38,173 nt of DNA, from positions 1 to 38,173 of the IMG/VR virus record IMGVR_UViG_3300035544_000229; one strand, given 5' to 3'. Positions 24,575 to 34,288 of this stretch are shown here, piece by piece. Source of the stretch: a virus (Duplodnaviria > Caudoviricetes). The notes beneath the pieces were generated by a model. It saw only the letters and a program-made list of their open reading frames with translations, was not told the origin of the DNA and searched no databases. The translations under genes and the position numbers were made by a program. How positions within the stretch are numbered: the first letter of the stretch is position 1; each line of letters begins with the position of its first letter.

Positions 24575-26079
24575 GCCTGAACATCCAGGAAATCGTCAAT
24601 GTCAGCGCCAGCATTGTGGCGCAGGGGGTTCTGCGGCGCGAGTTCGGCATCCCCATCCTGCTCACGCGGGATGAAACCATGCCGCTGGGCGCGGCCCGCG
24701 TGATGAAGTTCGCGGACCAGGACGCCGTTGCCGAGGTCTTCCCGGCGAACAGCGATCCCTACGCCGCCGGAAACATCTATTTTCAGCAGGAGCCGTTCCT
24801 CAAGAATCTCATGGTGGGCCGCGTCAACCTCGACGCCGACGCGCCTGCCGCCTTGTTCGGCGGGACCGTGGCATCGCTGGCCGCATTCCAGGCCATCGCG
24901 GACGGCGGGTTCTCCTTGTCCGTGGACAGCGGCGAATACGCGGACATCGCGGCCTTGGATTTCTCCGGGGCCGTGTCCTATGCCGACGTGGCCGGGATCA
25001 TCGACGCCAAACTGACCGCCGACGGCATCGCGGCCGGGTGCGAGTTCGTGGAGCCCACGAACGGCAAGGCCGGATACATGAAGCTGACGGGCTCCGCCGC
25101 CGGATCGGGCAAGTCCCTTTCCCCGGCCTCGTCCCCGGCGGCCGGTACCGACATCTCGGCCCTGCTCGGCTGGACGCTCGCCTCGGGCGTCACCGTCCAG
25201 GACGGCCTGGACAGGGAGAGCGTAACCGAGGCGTTGAACGCCTTGCAGGAGTTGAACGGCCAGTTCTACTTCGTCACCACGGACACGACCTTCACGGACG
25301 AGGAAAAGGCGGAGGCCGATGCCTGGGTTGCGTCCCGTTCCTACATGGCGTTTCAGGACTCGGACGATCCGCAGTTGCTCATCACCGGAGAAACGGTTTC
25401 CTACTTCAGCAAAGCGGCGGAACTGAACCTGCAACGGACTCTTGGCGTGTTCAGCCGCACTCAAGACTTCAAGGCGCTGTCCGCCGCCGGGCGGCTGGGG
25501 TCCACCGACTTCTCCGCTCGCAACTCCCAGATCACTCTCAAGTTCAAGGAGTTGCCCGGCACGCTGGCCGATGACCTCAGCACCACGCAGAAGACGGAAC
25601 TCGACCGAAAGCGGGTCAACGTCTACACCCCGTTCTCCGGCGACGATATCTTCGTGGAGGGCTACACCTTCAAAGCCGGGGTGTTCGCGGACGTTCGGTA
25701 CTTCGTGGACTGGTTCATCGATGCCGCCCGCATCGAAATCTACAACCTGCTCCGGCAGATTCCCACCAAGATCGCGCAGACCGAGGGCGGCATGACCGCG
25801 CTGGTGAACGCCGTCACCTCCGTGTGCCGTCAGGCCGTGCGCAACGGCGGCGTGGCCCCCGGCCAGCTTTCCGCCGCCATGACCAAGGACGTGATCGACA
25901 CCACGGGCAACACCGATTTCGACGGATACCTGACCAACGGGTATCTGGTTTTCGCCAACCCCATCTCCGAGCAGTCGCAGTCCGACCGCAACGAGCGCAA
26001 GGCCCCGCAGATCAAGGTGTGGCTCAAAGGCAGCGGGGCCATCCACTTCGCTGACGTCGCCACCCTGTTCGAAAACTAG
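24571..26079 (+). CDS. Tail sheath protein (DUF3383-type)
   Basis: IVNVS, TLKFKELPG, FVDWF, QSQSDRNERKAP, GAIHFADV. Confidence 0.88.
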   Translation: MSLNIQEIVNVSASIVAQGVLRREFGIPILLTRDETMPLGAARVMKFADQDAVAEVFPANSDPYAAGNIYFQQEPFLKNLMVGRVNLDADAPAALFGGTVASLAAFQAIADGGFSLSVDSGEYADIAALDFSGAVSYADVAGIIDAKLTADGIAAGCEFVEPTNGKAGYMKLTGSAAGSGKSLSPASSPAAGTDISALLGWTLASGVTVQDGLDRESVTEALNALQELNGQFYFVTTDTTFTDEEKAEADAWVASRSYMAFQDSDDPQLLITGETVSYFSKAAELNLQRTLGVFSRTQDFKALSAAGRLGSTDFSARNSQITLKFKELPGTLADDLSTTQKTELDRKRVNVYTPFSGDDIFVEGYTFKAGVFADVRYFVDWFIDAARIEIYNLLRQIPTKIAQTEGGMTALVNAVTSVCRQAVRNGGVAPGQLSAAMTKDVIDTTGNTDFDGYLTNGYLVFANPISEQSQSDRNERKAPQIKVWLKGSGAIHFADVATLFEN

Positions 26080-26088
26080 GAGGACACA

Positions 26089-26514
26089 ATGGAATTCTCT
26101 CTTGAAAAAAGCGTCCTGCAACTGAACGGCCACACCTTTTCCGGGTGGTCCGACGACAGTGACGCCCTGGGGTTCGAGGCCGTGGAACTGGCGAGCGTCA
26201 AGCGGGGTGCCGACGGCAAGATGGTCGCCACCTCCACCGGGGCCAAGGGCGGCCCCGTGACGCTCAAGCTGCTGCCGAACTCCCCCTCGGCCAAGTTCAT
26301 GCAGTCCTCGGCCTCCAGCGTCCAGAAGGGCACCAAGATCATCTGGAGCGGCACCTTCCGCGATGCGGAAAACGGCGTCACCGCCAAGCTCGAAAACGGC
26401 ATCCTGACCAAGTACCCGCCGCTGCCGACCCTGGGCAAGGGAAGCGTGGGCAACATGGAATACGTGATCGAGTTCGAAACCATCGAACCCGACTACACCG
26501 CCGCCAGCTTCTAG
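26089..26514 (+). CDS. Tail tube protein
   Basis: 141 aa after sheath; GADGKM, VTLKLLPNSPS motif. Confidence 0.82.
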   Translation: MEFSLEKSVLQLNGHTFSGWSDDSDALGFEAVELASVKRGADGKMVATSTGAKGGPVTLKLLPNSPSAKFMQSSASSVQKGTKIIWSGTFRDAENGVTAKLENGILTKYPPLPTLGKGSVGNMEYVIEFETIEPDYTAASF

Positions 26515-26912
26515 CGCGGCGTTTAAAAGGAGAAATCATGCTGGAACGAATGGTCACCAACATTGAAAAGCTGACCGCCCCCGAGTTCAACCGGGGCGCG
26601 GTCAAGTTCCATATCGACAAGATGCCCGCGCTGGCCGCCTGGACGCTGCTCGACAAGACGCGCCGGGAACTGGGCAAGGGAAGCGTGGGCAACATGGAAT
26701 ACGTGATCGAGTTCGAAACCATCGAACCCGACTACACCGCCGCCAGCTTCTAGCGCGGCGTTTAAAAGGAGAAATCATGCTGGAACGAATGGTCACCAAC
26801 ATTGAAAAGCTGACCGCCCCCGAGTTCAACCGGGGCGCGGTCAAGTTCCATATCGACAAGATGCCCGCGCTGGCCGCCTGGACGCTGCTCGACAAGACGC
26901 GCCGGGAACTGG
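26431..26912 (+). repeat. 239-bp tandem duplication (26431-26669 / 26670-26908) with CTGG junction microhomology
   Basis: Tube 3' end + intergenic + chaperone 5' end appears twice, identical by inspection. Confidence 0.95.
26538..26753 (+). CDS. Chimeric ORF from duplication: chaperone aa 1-45 + tube C-terminal 26 aa
   Basis: MLERM...RREL fused in frame to GKGSVG...AASF; has its own copied AGGAG SD. Confidence 0.55.
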   Translation: MLERMVTNIEKLTAPEFNRGAVKFHIDKMPALAAWTLLDKTRRELGKGSVGNMEYVIEFETIEPDYTAASF

Positions 26913-27304
26913 CCGCGCAGACCGACGCCCAGGACGCCACGTCCCTGGCCCACAGCGCCGCCGTGTTCGTCAAGGGCGTGATGCTGCTGCCCCATGCCTT
27001 CGTGGAGGAGCTGCGGCAGGAACTGTTCGAGCACATCCGGTTCCAGGGCGGGGCCGTCACCAAGGGGTGGGCCGACCTGATCGGGATGGAGGACACCGCG
27101 TTTCAGGATCAGGAGGGCGACATTGTCTATGAGCTGATCATCCGGAGCCTCGTCGTAAATTTCGAAAAGTCCTGCAAGCGAGTGGTCCGCGATTCCGGCC
27201 TGCTGGACCTCGTTTCCGCGCTGAAGAATGCCGCTTCCTACCCGGCCTCCTCGCAGGACCGATCAGCGCCGGAATCTGCCAGTACCGAGACGTCCACGAA
27301 CTGA
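26777..27304 (+). CDS. Tail assembly chaperone (short form)
   Basis: Between tube and tape measure; AGGAG SD. Confidence 0.8.
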   Translation: MLERMVTNIEKLTAPEFNRGAVKFHIDKMPALAAWTLLDKTRRELAAQTDAQDATSLAHSAAVFVKGVMLLPHAFVEELRQELFEHIRFQGGAVTKGWADLIGMEDTAFQDQEGDIVYELIIRSLVVNFEKSCKRVVRDSGLLDLVSALKNAASYPASSQDRSAPESASTETSTN

Positions 27305-27414
27305 GCCTGGATGACTTCGTGATCATGGCGGACATCCTCGAAACCAAGGCGGAAAACGACCGCCGGGCGCAGAAGGCCGCCGAGGCCGAAGCCCGGAACA
27401 AAGCAGGATCATAA
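27157..27414 (+). CDS. -1 frameshift extension of tail assembly chaperone (lambda gpGT-like)
   Basis: In-frame slippery heptamer A AAT TTC (27157-27163); -1 frame open to TAA 27412-27414 encoding ...AGICQYRDVHELSLDDFVIMADILETKAENDRRAQK... Confidence 0.75.
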   Translation, partial: KFRKVLQASGPRFRPAGPRFRAEECRFLPGLLAGPISAGICQYRDVHELSLDDFVIMADILETKAENDRRAQKAAEAEARNKAGS

Positions 27415-29199
27415 ATGGCGACCTCCGTACTCGACACCCTCATCACCCGCTTCCTCTACAGCGTAGACGCCTCCCAACTCGACCGGGCGGCTTCCACGCT
27501 GGGGCGTGCTCAAAAAAAAGCGGACAAGTTCGGCAAATCGCTGATGACGGCCGGGGCGGTCCTGACCGGCTCGTTGGCAGGCGTCGGCGTGAAGGTGTTG
27601 CAGTTCGAGGAGAATCTCAACTCTGTTCAGGCCGCAGGCGTCTTCACTCGGGAGGAAATGGGACGGCTGCGGGAAGAAGCGCAGCGCATGGGGGCCACCA
27701 CGGCCTTTTCCGCCAGCCAGGCCGCCGAGGCCGAACTGAAGCTGGCCCAGGCCGGGAACTCCTCCGCCCAGATAATCCAGTTGCTGCCGCAGGTGCTGGA
27801 CCTCGCCGCTGCGGGCTCCCTCTCCATGGCCGACGCTGCGGATATCGCTTCGTCCAGCCTGAAGGGGTTCGGCAAAGACGTGGATGAGCTGGGCCGCATC
27901 TCGGATGTGCTGGCCGTCTCCGCATCTTCGGCCAATACCGACGTTGCCCGCATGGGGTTTGCCTTTGGCAAGGCCGCTCCGGCCGCGCGGGCGGTTGGTG
28001 TCGAGGTGGAGGCCACGGCCGCCATGCTGGCCGTGCTCCAGGATAACGGCCAGGGCGCGGAGGTGGCGGGCACCGGCCTCAAGACAATGCTCTTCAAGCT
28101 GGTCAGTCCGACCAAGGACGCTACCAAGGCGCTCAAGCAGATGGGTATCTCCCAAAAGGACCTCCAGGGTTACATGGCAAAAGGCGATGTGGTGGGGCTC
28201 TTCAAGGCCATGAAGCGGGGTGGCCTGGACGCGGCCAAGGCGGCCTCCATCTTCGGATTGGAGCAAGGGGCGCTCGGCCTGATCCTGGCGAACAGTTCGG
28301 ACAAGGTGGAGGAGCTGCTGCTGAAGCTCCTGAAGGCGGAAGGCGCAAGCAAGCGCATGGCGCAGACCAAGATGCAGGGACTGCCCGGAGCGTTCAAGAC
28401 CACCACTTCGGTGATGGAGGGGTTCATCTTCAAGATCGGTGAAGCCGGGTTGACCGGACAAATCGAGGGGCTGCTCCACTTTCTCGGCAACCTGTTCGAC
28501 ATGCTTTCGAGCTTGCCCGACCCCATTCTGCAAATCATCGGATGGGTACTGCTGGCTGGCCCGGCGTTGCTTACCTTGGGGGTGGCCTTCAAGACCGCCG
28601 CCTTTGCCGCCGGTGGATTGCAGACCGTGCTGGCAATGCTGTCCTCCACGGGGCTGGCTTCCATCATCCGGGAATTCATCCTTGTGGCGCGGGCCACGAA
28701 TATCTGGACCGCCGCGCAATGGCTGCTCAACGGTGCGCTCACCGCCAACCCCATCGGGGTGATCGTCATGGGCCTGGCCGCGTTGGTGGGAGCCATCATC
28801 CGGGTCATCGCCATATGGGACAAGCTCAAGAAAGCATGGGCTGAAGGCGGATTGTGGGGAGCTATCAAACGCTTCTTCAACTTCTTTGGCGACGATGAGG
28901 AGGAGCAGGCGGACAGCGGGAATACCGGCCAGCCTTCGAAGACGCAAAAGGCCCTGGCCCAGGCCGGGGCGCTGGTCGGTGGCAAGGCCCCAATGCCCAC
29001 CGCTCCGGTGGGCGGGACCTCCACCATGAGCACAACCAAAAGCACCGTCGTGCATCAGGACAACTCCGTTTCCGTCGGTGAAGTGAAGGTGGACGCCCGA
29101 GGCGGCGACGCCAAGGCGATTGCATCCGGCATGCGTAGCGAGTTGCAGGGAGCCTCCCGAAGAACACAGCAAGGGTTTGATTCCCGAATTGCGGAGTAA
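27415..29199 (+). CDS. Tail tape measure protein
   Basis: MGATTAFSASQAA, LDLAAAG, SANTDV, AGTGLKTM core; ANPIG repeats; Ala/Gly-rich. Confidence 0.93.
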   Translation: MATSVLDTLITRFLYSVDASQLDRAASTLGRAQKKADKFGKSLMTAGAVLTGSLAGVGVKVLQFEENLNSVQAAGVFTREEMGRLREEAQRMGATTAFSASQAAEAELKLAQAGNSSAQIIQLLPQVLDLAAAGSLSMADAADIASSSLKGFGKDVDELGRISDVLAVSASSANTDVARMGFAFGKAAPAARAVGVEVEATAAMLAVLQDNGQGAEVAGTGLKTMLFKLVSPTKDATKALKQMGISQKDLQGYMAKGDVVGLFKAMKRGGLDAAKAASIFGLEQGALGLILANSSDKVEELLLKLLKAEGASKRMAQTKMQGLPGAFKTTTSVMEGFIFKIGEAGLTGQIEGLLHFLGNLFDMLSSLPDPILQIIGWVLLAGPALLTLGVAFKTAAFAAGGLQTVLAMLSSTGLASIIREFILVARATNIWTAAQWLLNGALTANPIGVIVMGLAALVGAIIRVIAIWDKLKKAWAEGGLWGAIKRFFNFFGDDEEEQADSGNTGQPSKTQKALAQAGALVGGKAPMPTAPVGGTSTMSTTKSTVVHQDNSVSVGEVKVDARGGDAKAIASGMRSELQGASRRTQQGFDSRIAE

Positions 29200-29203
29200 G
29201 GAT

Positions 29204-29851
29204 ATGCGCACCGTCAACGCACAACTGCGCGAGCAGGAAGCCGCCATCTTCACGAACGAGACCCATATCGTGGAGATCCTCGGGCTGGTGGACCTGCACC
29301 CCACCGAGGCGCACGACCAGGGCGTGGACAAGACGGACAACCCGGTGGAGACCGGGGCGAGCCTGACCGACAACGCCGTGATCCGTCCCAACCGGCTGAC
29401 GCTCTCCGGCGTGGTGTCCGATCTGCGCCTCTACGACGTGAGCGAATACGCCACCGACCTGCCCGCCCCGGAACTGGCGAAGGACGCCTGGGGCAGGCTG
29501 AAGCACCTGAAGGACGCCTGCGAGCCGGTGACGGTCATCACGTCGCTTCAGGTCTACGAGAACATGCTTGTCACCGGCCTGTCCGCGCCGGTGAACGAGA
29601 AAACCGGGCATGCCCTGGAATTCACCGTGACCCTGGAAGAGGTCGAGTTCGCCTATACGCAGCGGGTGAGCCTGCCCGCGACCAAGGTCAAGGGAGCCAG
29701 GGCCGACGAGGTCCGCGCCCGGGAAGACGGGAAAAACGCGGCGACATCCCCGGCGCAGAACAAGACGGACACGGTGGAACGCGGCAAGGTGCAGCCTGAA
29801 ACGGCTTCGGCGCAGCGCGTCCAGGACTTCAACTCTTTTTACGGGAGGTAG
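29204..29851 (+). CDS. Baseplate/tube-initiator (Dit-like) protein
   Basis: ATG 29204; TDNPVETGASLTDNA, YENMLV, LEFTVTLEEV. Confidence 0.8.
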   Translation: MRTVNAQLREQEAAIFTNETHIVEILGLVDLHPTEAHDQGVDKTDNPVETGASLTDNAVIRPNRLTLSGVVSDLRLYDVSEYATDLPAPELAKDAWGRLKHLKDACEPVTVITSLQVYENMLVTGLSAPVNEKTGHALEFTVTLEEVEFAYTQRVSLPATKVKGARADEVRAREDGKNAATSPAQNKTDTVERGKVQPETASAQRVQDFNSFYGR

Positions 29852-29853
29852 GC

Positions 29854-30210
29854 ATGCTCATCATCCCCATGACCAACGATGCGTCCCAACGTTTCACCGT
29901 CCTGGCGGGCGGCCAGGAAACCGTGGTCACGCTTTCCTGGAACGACGCCGCCGGGGCGTGGATCGCGGACATCTCCCTGTCCGACGGCACGGCCCTGGTC
30001 AGGGGCCGCCGCGTCTGCGCCGGGGTGCCCGTCCTGAAGCAGTTCGGCATCCGGTTGGTGCAGGAGTTCGACGGTGATTTCGTCGCGTTCCCGCGCAGCC
30101 AGCCGGTGACCGAACCGGGGCGGCTGGCCTGGGGGGCGACCCACGATTTCCTGTATATCGAGAAAGGCGAAGCCGTGGACGCCGCAACCTTTGCCGGAGC
30201 GGGGAGCTAG
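29854..30210 (+). CDS. Baseplate plug-like protein
   Basis: IPM..ASQRF.V.., WNDAAGAWIADI, WGATH.FLY. Confidence 0.75.
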   Translation: MLIIPMTNDASQRFTVLAGGQETVVTLSWNDAAGAWIADISLSDGTALVRGRRVCAGVPVLKQFGIRLVQEFDGDFVAFPRSQPVTEPGRLAWGATHDFLYIEKGEAVDAATFAGAGS

Positions 30211-30212
30211 GC

Positions 30213-30428
30213 ATGGCAAAGCGCATCTCCTTCACCCGGTCCCGGTTCGACCTGGAACTGGCCGTTTCCGATTCCTGGCCGCCGTTGTGGTCCCTGACCT
30301 CGAAAAACGGTGAGCAACATTACTTCCCCTTGGCCTTCACAGGGTGGACGCAGGATGGTTTTCATTCCGTCTCACTCATGCTCGGCCCTTTTTGCCTGTC
30401 TCTCACCGTATTCACCGGAGAACTGTAG
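30213..30428 (+). CDS. Small hypothetical protein within baseplate operon
   Basis: GGAG SD; exactly fills gap between neighbours. Confidence 0.55.
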   Translation: MAKRISFTRSRFDLELAVSDSWPPLWSLTSKNGEQHYFPLAFTGWTQDGFHSVSLMLGPFCLSLTVFTGEL

Positions 30429-31244
30429 ATGCGTCTGTTCAAGCGAAAAATACGGGTCATCGTGGGCGAGTCCGGCACCCCGCGCGGGGCGCTGGAGATC
30501 AATAACCTGCGCATGGCCTTCGAGATCAAGAAGAACCTGGATTCCACGCCCGCAGAGGGTTGGGTGTCCATCTACAACCTGACCGAGGCGAACCAGGCGT
30601 TCATCGCCCACAAGGCCGACCGCGTGCGCGTGTTCGCCGGGTACGGCTCCCATCTTTCGCTGCTGTTCGACGGGGATATCGCCAACATCGACCGCGCCCG
30701 CCGGGAGCAGGACCGCATTACCACCATTTCTCTGGGCGGCAACCTGTTCAAGCTGACCGACGCCTATGTCTCGTTTTCCTTCTTGGGGCCGGTCACGCTC
30801 AAGCAGATCATCCGCAAGGCGCTGCCCACGTTCGCCCTGTCCGGCGTCCAGGGGCTCGACACGTTGCCGGACATCACGAAGTACAACTACGCCTATTCCG
30901 GCAAGACCGGCGACATGATGGACAGCCTGCTCCATCATATGGAGTTCGACTGGTTCGAGGAGGACGGCACCCTTGTCATCCTGCCGCCGGACGGCGGTTT
31001 CGATGACCGCGTGCCACTGATCAGCCCGGCCACGGGTATGCTGGGCAGCCCGGCTAAAACCGAGGAAGGCCTGAAGGTGACCACGCTTTTGCAGCCCGGC
31101 CTGCGCCCCGGCGGGGTCCTCAAGGTGAAGGCCTACAACCCGGAATACAGCGGGTACTGGAAGATTCGCCAACTGTACCTGCGCGGCGACAACCGGCAGA
31201 ACCAATTCTCGGCGGAACTGGATTGCATCCCCTATGAGCAATAG
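30429..31244 (+). CDS. Baseplate hub protein
   Basis: FEIKK, VSIYNL, AGYG..LFDGDI, ISPATGMLGSP. Confidence 0.82.
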   Translation: MRLFKRKIRVIVGESGTPRGALEINNLRMAFEIKKNLDSTPAEGWVSIYNLTEANQAFIAHKADRVRVFAGYGSHLSLLFDGDIANIDRARREQDRITTISLGGNLFKLTDAYVSFSFLGPVTLKQIIRKALPTFALSGVQGLDTLPDITKYNYAYSGKTGDMMDSLLHHMEFDWFEEDGTLVILPPDGGFDDRVPLISPATGMLGSPAKTEEGLKVTTLLQPGLRPGGVLKVKAYNPEYSGYWKIRQLYLRGDNRQNQFSAELDCIPYEQ

Positions 31245-31998
31245 AAGCGAGCGCCGTTCCCAGGATTCCCTGCTTGAGGCCATCCGATTCGCCCTGGACC
31301 GATTCAAGGTCGGGCTGTGGACCGCCGGTCCCGGCCATATCCAAAGCTATGACCCGAACACGCGGCGGGCTGTGGTCATCCCCGCCATCCGGCGCAAATT
31401 CACGGACGGGACCACCGAAGCGTTGCCCATGCTCCACAACGTCCCTGTCCTGCACCCTTCCGGAGGAGGGTTTTCTCTCCTTTTCCCCCTCCGGAAGGGT
31501 GATCCGGTTTTGCTCGTCTGGTGCCAGCGAGGCATCGACCGCTTCAAGGAGACGTATGCACAGGAGGACCCTTCAGGCGGCATCATGGAACTCAAGGATG
31601 CTGTGGCGCTGGCCGGTTTCGGAGAGCTGGTCATATCCCCTGAGAACGCGGAAAGCGCCGTGTTGCAGACCAACACCGGGAAGCAGGCGCTGTCCATCCA
31701 CCCCGACAAGGTGCGCATCATCTCGGACAACTTGGTGCGGGTGGAAACCGTGCAGGCCGAGATCGTGGCGTCCGGGTCGGTGCTCATCGACTCCCCGCTG
31801 ACCCGGCACACCGGGATTGTCGAGGCCGCCGGTTACCGGGGCGTTGATGGCGGCGCGGCAAAGATGGTCGCGGACATCGACATGGACGGCCATCAACTGA
31901 CCAATGCGAGCGAATTGACGGCGGGCGGCGTGCCCTACACGACGCATGTCCACGACGGCGACAGCGGCGGAGTTACCTCCGCTCCCAAGGAGGGGTGA
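31234..31998 (+). CDS. Baseplate spike, Gp138-type
   Basis: VPVLHPSGGGF.L.FPL.KGD.VLLV.CQRGID; C-terminal HVH metal-binding motif. Confidence 0.88.
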   Translation: MSNRSERRSQDSLLEAIRFALDRFKVGLWTAGPGHIQSYDPNTRRAVVIPAIRRKFTDGTTEALPMLHNVPVLHPSGGGFSLLFPLRKGDPVLLVWCQRGIDRFKETYAQEDPSGGIMELKDAVALAGFGELVISPENAESAVLQTNTGKQALSIHPDKVRIISDNLVRVETVQAEIVASGSVLIDSPLTRHTGIVEAAGYRGVDGGAAKMVADIDMDGHQLTNASELTAGGVPYTTHVHDGDSGGVTSAPKEG

Positions 31999-32354
31999 TG
32001 ACGCGCACCTGGAACATAGACGACGCCACCGGCAACCTGGTCCTGGACAAGGACGGAAACTTCAGCCCGGTCACCGGCCTGGAGGGGTTGCGGCAGCGCA
32101 TTCAGACCAAGCTCAAGTTATGGCGTGGGGAATGGTTCCTGGACACGAGCCTGGGCATTCCCTGGCGGCAGTCCATCTTTACGCGCCCGGCCTCGCCCGG
32201 CCTCGCCTCGCAGATCATCACCTCCGCCATCCTGGAGGAAGAGGAGGTAACGGACGTGCGCAAGGTTTCGGCCCACATCGACAGCGCCACGCGGCGCTTC
32301 ACCTATTCGGCGCAGGTGGCCTCCATCTACGGCGAGTTTCCGATATCCGTCTAA
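31998..32354 (+). CDS. Baseplate wedge / sheath initiator (gp25/gp46-like)
   Basis: LKLWRGEWFLDTSLGIPW, SIYG. Confidence 0.82.
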   Translation: MTRTWNIDDATGNLVLDKDGNFSPVTGLEGLRQRIQTKLKLWRGEWFLDTSLGIPWRQSIFTRPASPGLASQIITSAILEEEEVTDVRKVSAHIDSATRRFTYSAQVASIYGEFPISV

Positions 32355-32363
32355 GGAGTCACC

Positions 32364-33590
32364 ATGGCAATCGTTACCTCAACCGGCATAGAAGGCACCA
32401 AGCTCTCCGAATACAAATCCGACCTGGAGGAAATCTTCCGGGCCGCATTTGGCGAGGATCTCGTGGTGGACGCCGACACGCCGCAGGGCACGGCCATCGG
32501 CCTGATAGCCCTGCGCTTGACCGAATTCGACGAAAAGGTGGTCGGCCAATCCAACTCGCTCGCCATCCTGGACGCCTCCGGCCAGCAGATTGACGGGCTG
32601 GCCGCGATCCTCGCCATCGCCCGCAACGGGGATGAGCCCTCGCTGGTGGGCGTGACTCTGACCGGCGTGCCCGGCACGGTGGTGCCCGCCGGTTCGCTGG
32701 CGCGGTCCACGGCCGGAGACCTGTTCGTGCTCCGGGCCGATGTTGTCATCAACGCCGACGGCTCGGCGGAAGGCACGATGGAATCCGTGGAGGGCGGCCC
32801 GGTGGCCTGCGCTGCGGGCACGATCACCGGCATCGTTTCCGGCCTGACCGGATGGGAGACGCTCGATAACCCTGAAGCCGGGCAGCTCGGCCAGCTCAAG
32901 GAGTCCGATTACTCCTTCCGCAAGGAGTATTTCCGCAAGCTGTTCAAGAACGCCACGTCGCCCCGAGAAGCGGTCCTGGCCGAAGTCTTGAGGCAGCAGA
33001 ACGTGCTGGAAGCGGTCTGCGAAGAGAACGACACCGATGCGGCCAAGATCGTCAAGGGCGTGGAACTGCCGCCCCATTCCATCGTCGCGGTTGTCCTCGG
33101 CGGAGCGGATACGGACATTGCCCAAGCCATTCAGCGCAAGAAGACGGGGGGCGCGTCCACCGCTGGCGACACGGCGGTGACGGTCCCCACCACGCGGGCC
33201 GGTGGCCGCAAGGGGCCGGACATCGTTATCCGGTTCTACCGAGCGGCCCAGGTGGGCATGGAGATAGACCTGGACATTGATCCGGGCGCTTCCTTCCCCA
33301 CGAACGGGGTGAGCCTCCTGAAGGAGCGGATCATGGCCTATTTCGCCGGGACGCTTGATCTGCAAACCACGCAAGACAAATTCGAGATGGACGGTCTGCT
33401 CATCGGGGACGCCGTTGCCAAGTCGCGTCTGTACACGCCCATCAACTCCGTACCGGGGCATGTGGTCAATTCGATCACCCTGCGCCGCAAGGGCGGGGAG
33501 AACGTGGAGGTGGCCGCCATGTCCCTGTTGGAAAAGGCCGTCATTTTGAGCAGCGACGATATCACCATCACCAAGAACGGGGCGGCATAG
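32364..33590 (+). CDS. Baseplate J-like protein
   Basis: DTPQG, ASGQQID, ESDYSFR, ENDT, PPHSI..VV.GG. Confidence 0.9.
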   Translation: MAIVTSTGIEGTKLSEYKSDLEEIFRAAFGEDLVVDADTPQGTAIGLIALRLTEFDEKVVGQSNSLAILDASGQQIDGLAAILAIARNGDEPSLVGVTLTGVPGTVVPAGSLARSTAGDLFVLRADVVINADGSAEGTMESVEGGPVACAAGTITGIVSGLTGWETLDNPEAGQLGQLKESDYSFRKEYFRKLFKNATSPREAVLAEVLRQQNVLEAVCEENDTDAAKIVKGVELPPHSIVAVVLGGADTDIAQAIQRKKTGGASTAGDTAVTVPTTRAGGRKGPDIVIRFYRAAQVGMEIDLDIDPGASFPTNGVSLLKERIMAYFAGTLDLQTTQDKFEMDGLLIGDAVAKSRLYTPINSVPGHVVNSITLRRKGGENVEVAAMSLLEKAVILSSDDITITKNGAA

Positions 33591-33591
33591 C

Positions 33592-34287
33592 ATGGCTACA
33601 CGAGGCAAAGACCTGCTGGCGCTCATGCCGCAGCAACACCGGACCAACGAACCGCTTGTGGCGCTCATCAACGGTATCTCCGAGTTGATCGCCAAGCGGC
33701 TGGAAAAGCCCCTCGACGATTTGATGGACAAGGCGCAAATCGACGCGGCCGACGATTACTGGCTGGACCAGATCGGCACCCGGCTTTCTCTGCGGCGGTC
33801 CTCCCTGTCCGTGCGATTCTTCGGCTTCGACGGCAACGACAGCGCCGTGGGCTTCGGCCAGGGACCGCTGTCGCCCCAGGCGCATGGCACGGCCCCGCTC
33901 AAGATGGCCGACGGGGCTTTCCGCACGGTCATCAAGGCTAAGGGTGCATACACCATCACGGACGGGTCACAGCCGGAGATGACGGAATCCCTGTCCCAGG
34001 CGGCCAAGGCCGATGGCAAGACCGGGGAGCTTCCGGCCGAGGCCATCTACTACGACAATCAAGACATGAGCATGGACCTGACCATCGTTGCGGACATGAG
34101 CGAGCCGGTGATCAAGAACCTGTTCACCCAACAGGTGGTCCCGAAGCCCGGCGGCGTCCGGCTGGCAAAGGTTACACAGGTGCCGCTGTCCGGCGCGTTC
34201 GGTTTTGCCGGGAACGATCTGGCGCGGGGGTTCGATCAAACCCCGTACAGCAAGACATATACCTATGAGGAATTAACGGAGGTGTAA
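33592..34287 (+). CDS. Baseplate wedge protein (DUF2612-like)
   Basis: LDQIG, FFGFDG..GFGQGP, DNQDMSM, PKPGGV. Confidence 0.82.
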   Translation: MATRGKDLLALMPQQHRTNEPLVALINGISELIAKRLEKPLDDLMDKAQIDAADDYWLDQIGTRLSLRRSSLSVRFFGFDGNDSAVGFGQGPLSPQAHGTAPLKMADGAFRTVIKAKGAYTITDGSQPEMTESLSQAAKADGKTGELPAEAIYYDNQDMSMDLTIVADMSEPVIKNLFTQQVVPKPGGVRLAKVTQVPLSGAFGFAGNDLARGFDQTPYSKTYTYEELTEV

Positions 34288-34288
34288 C

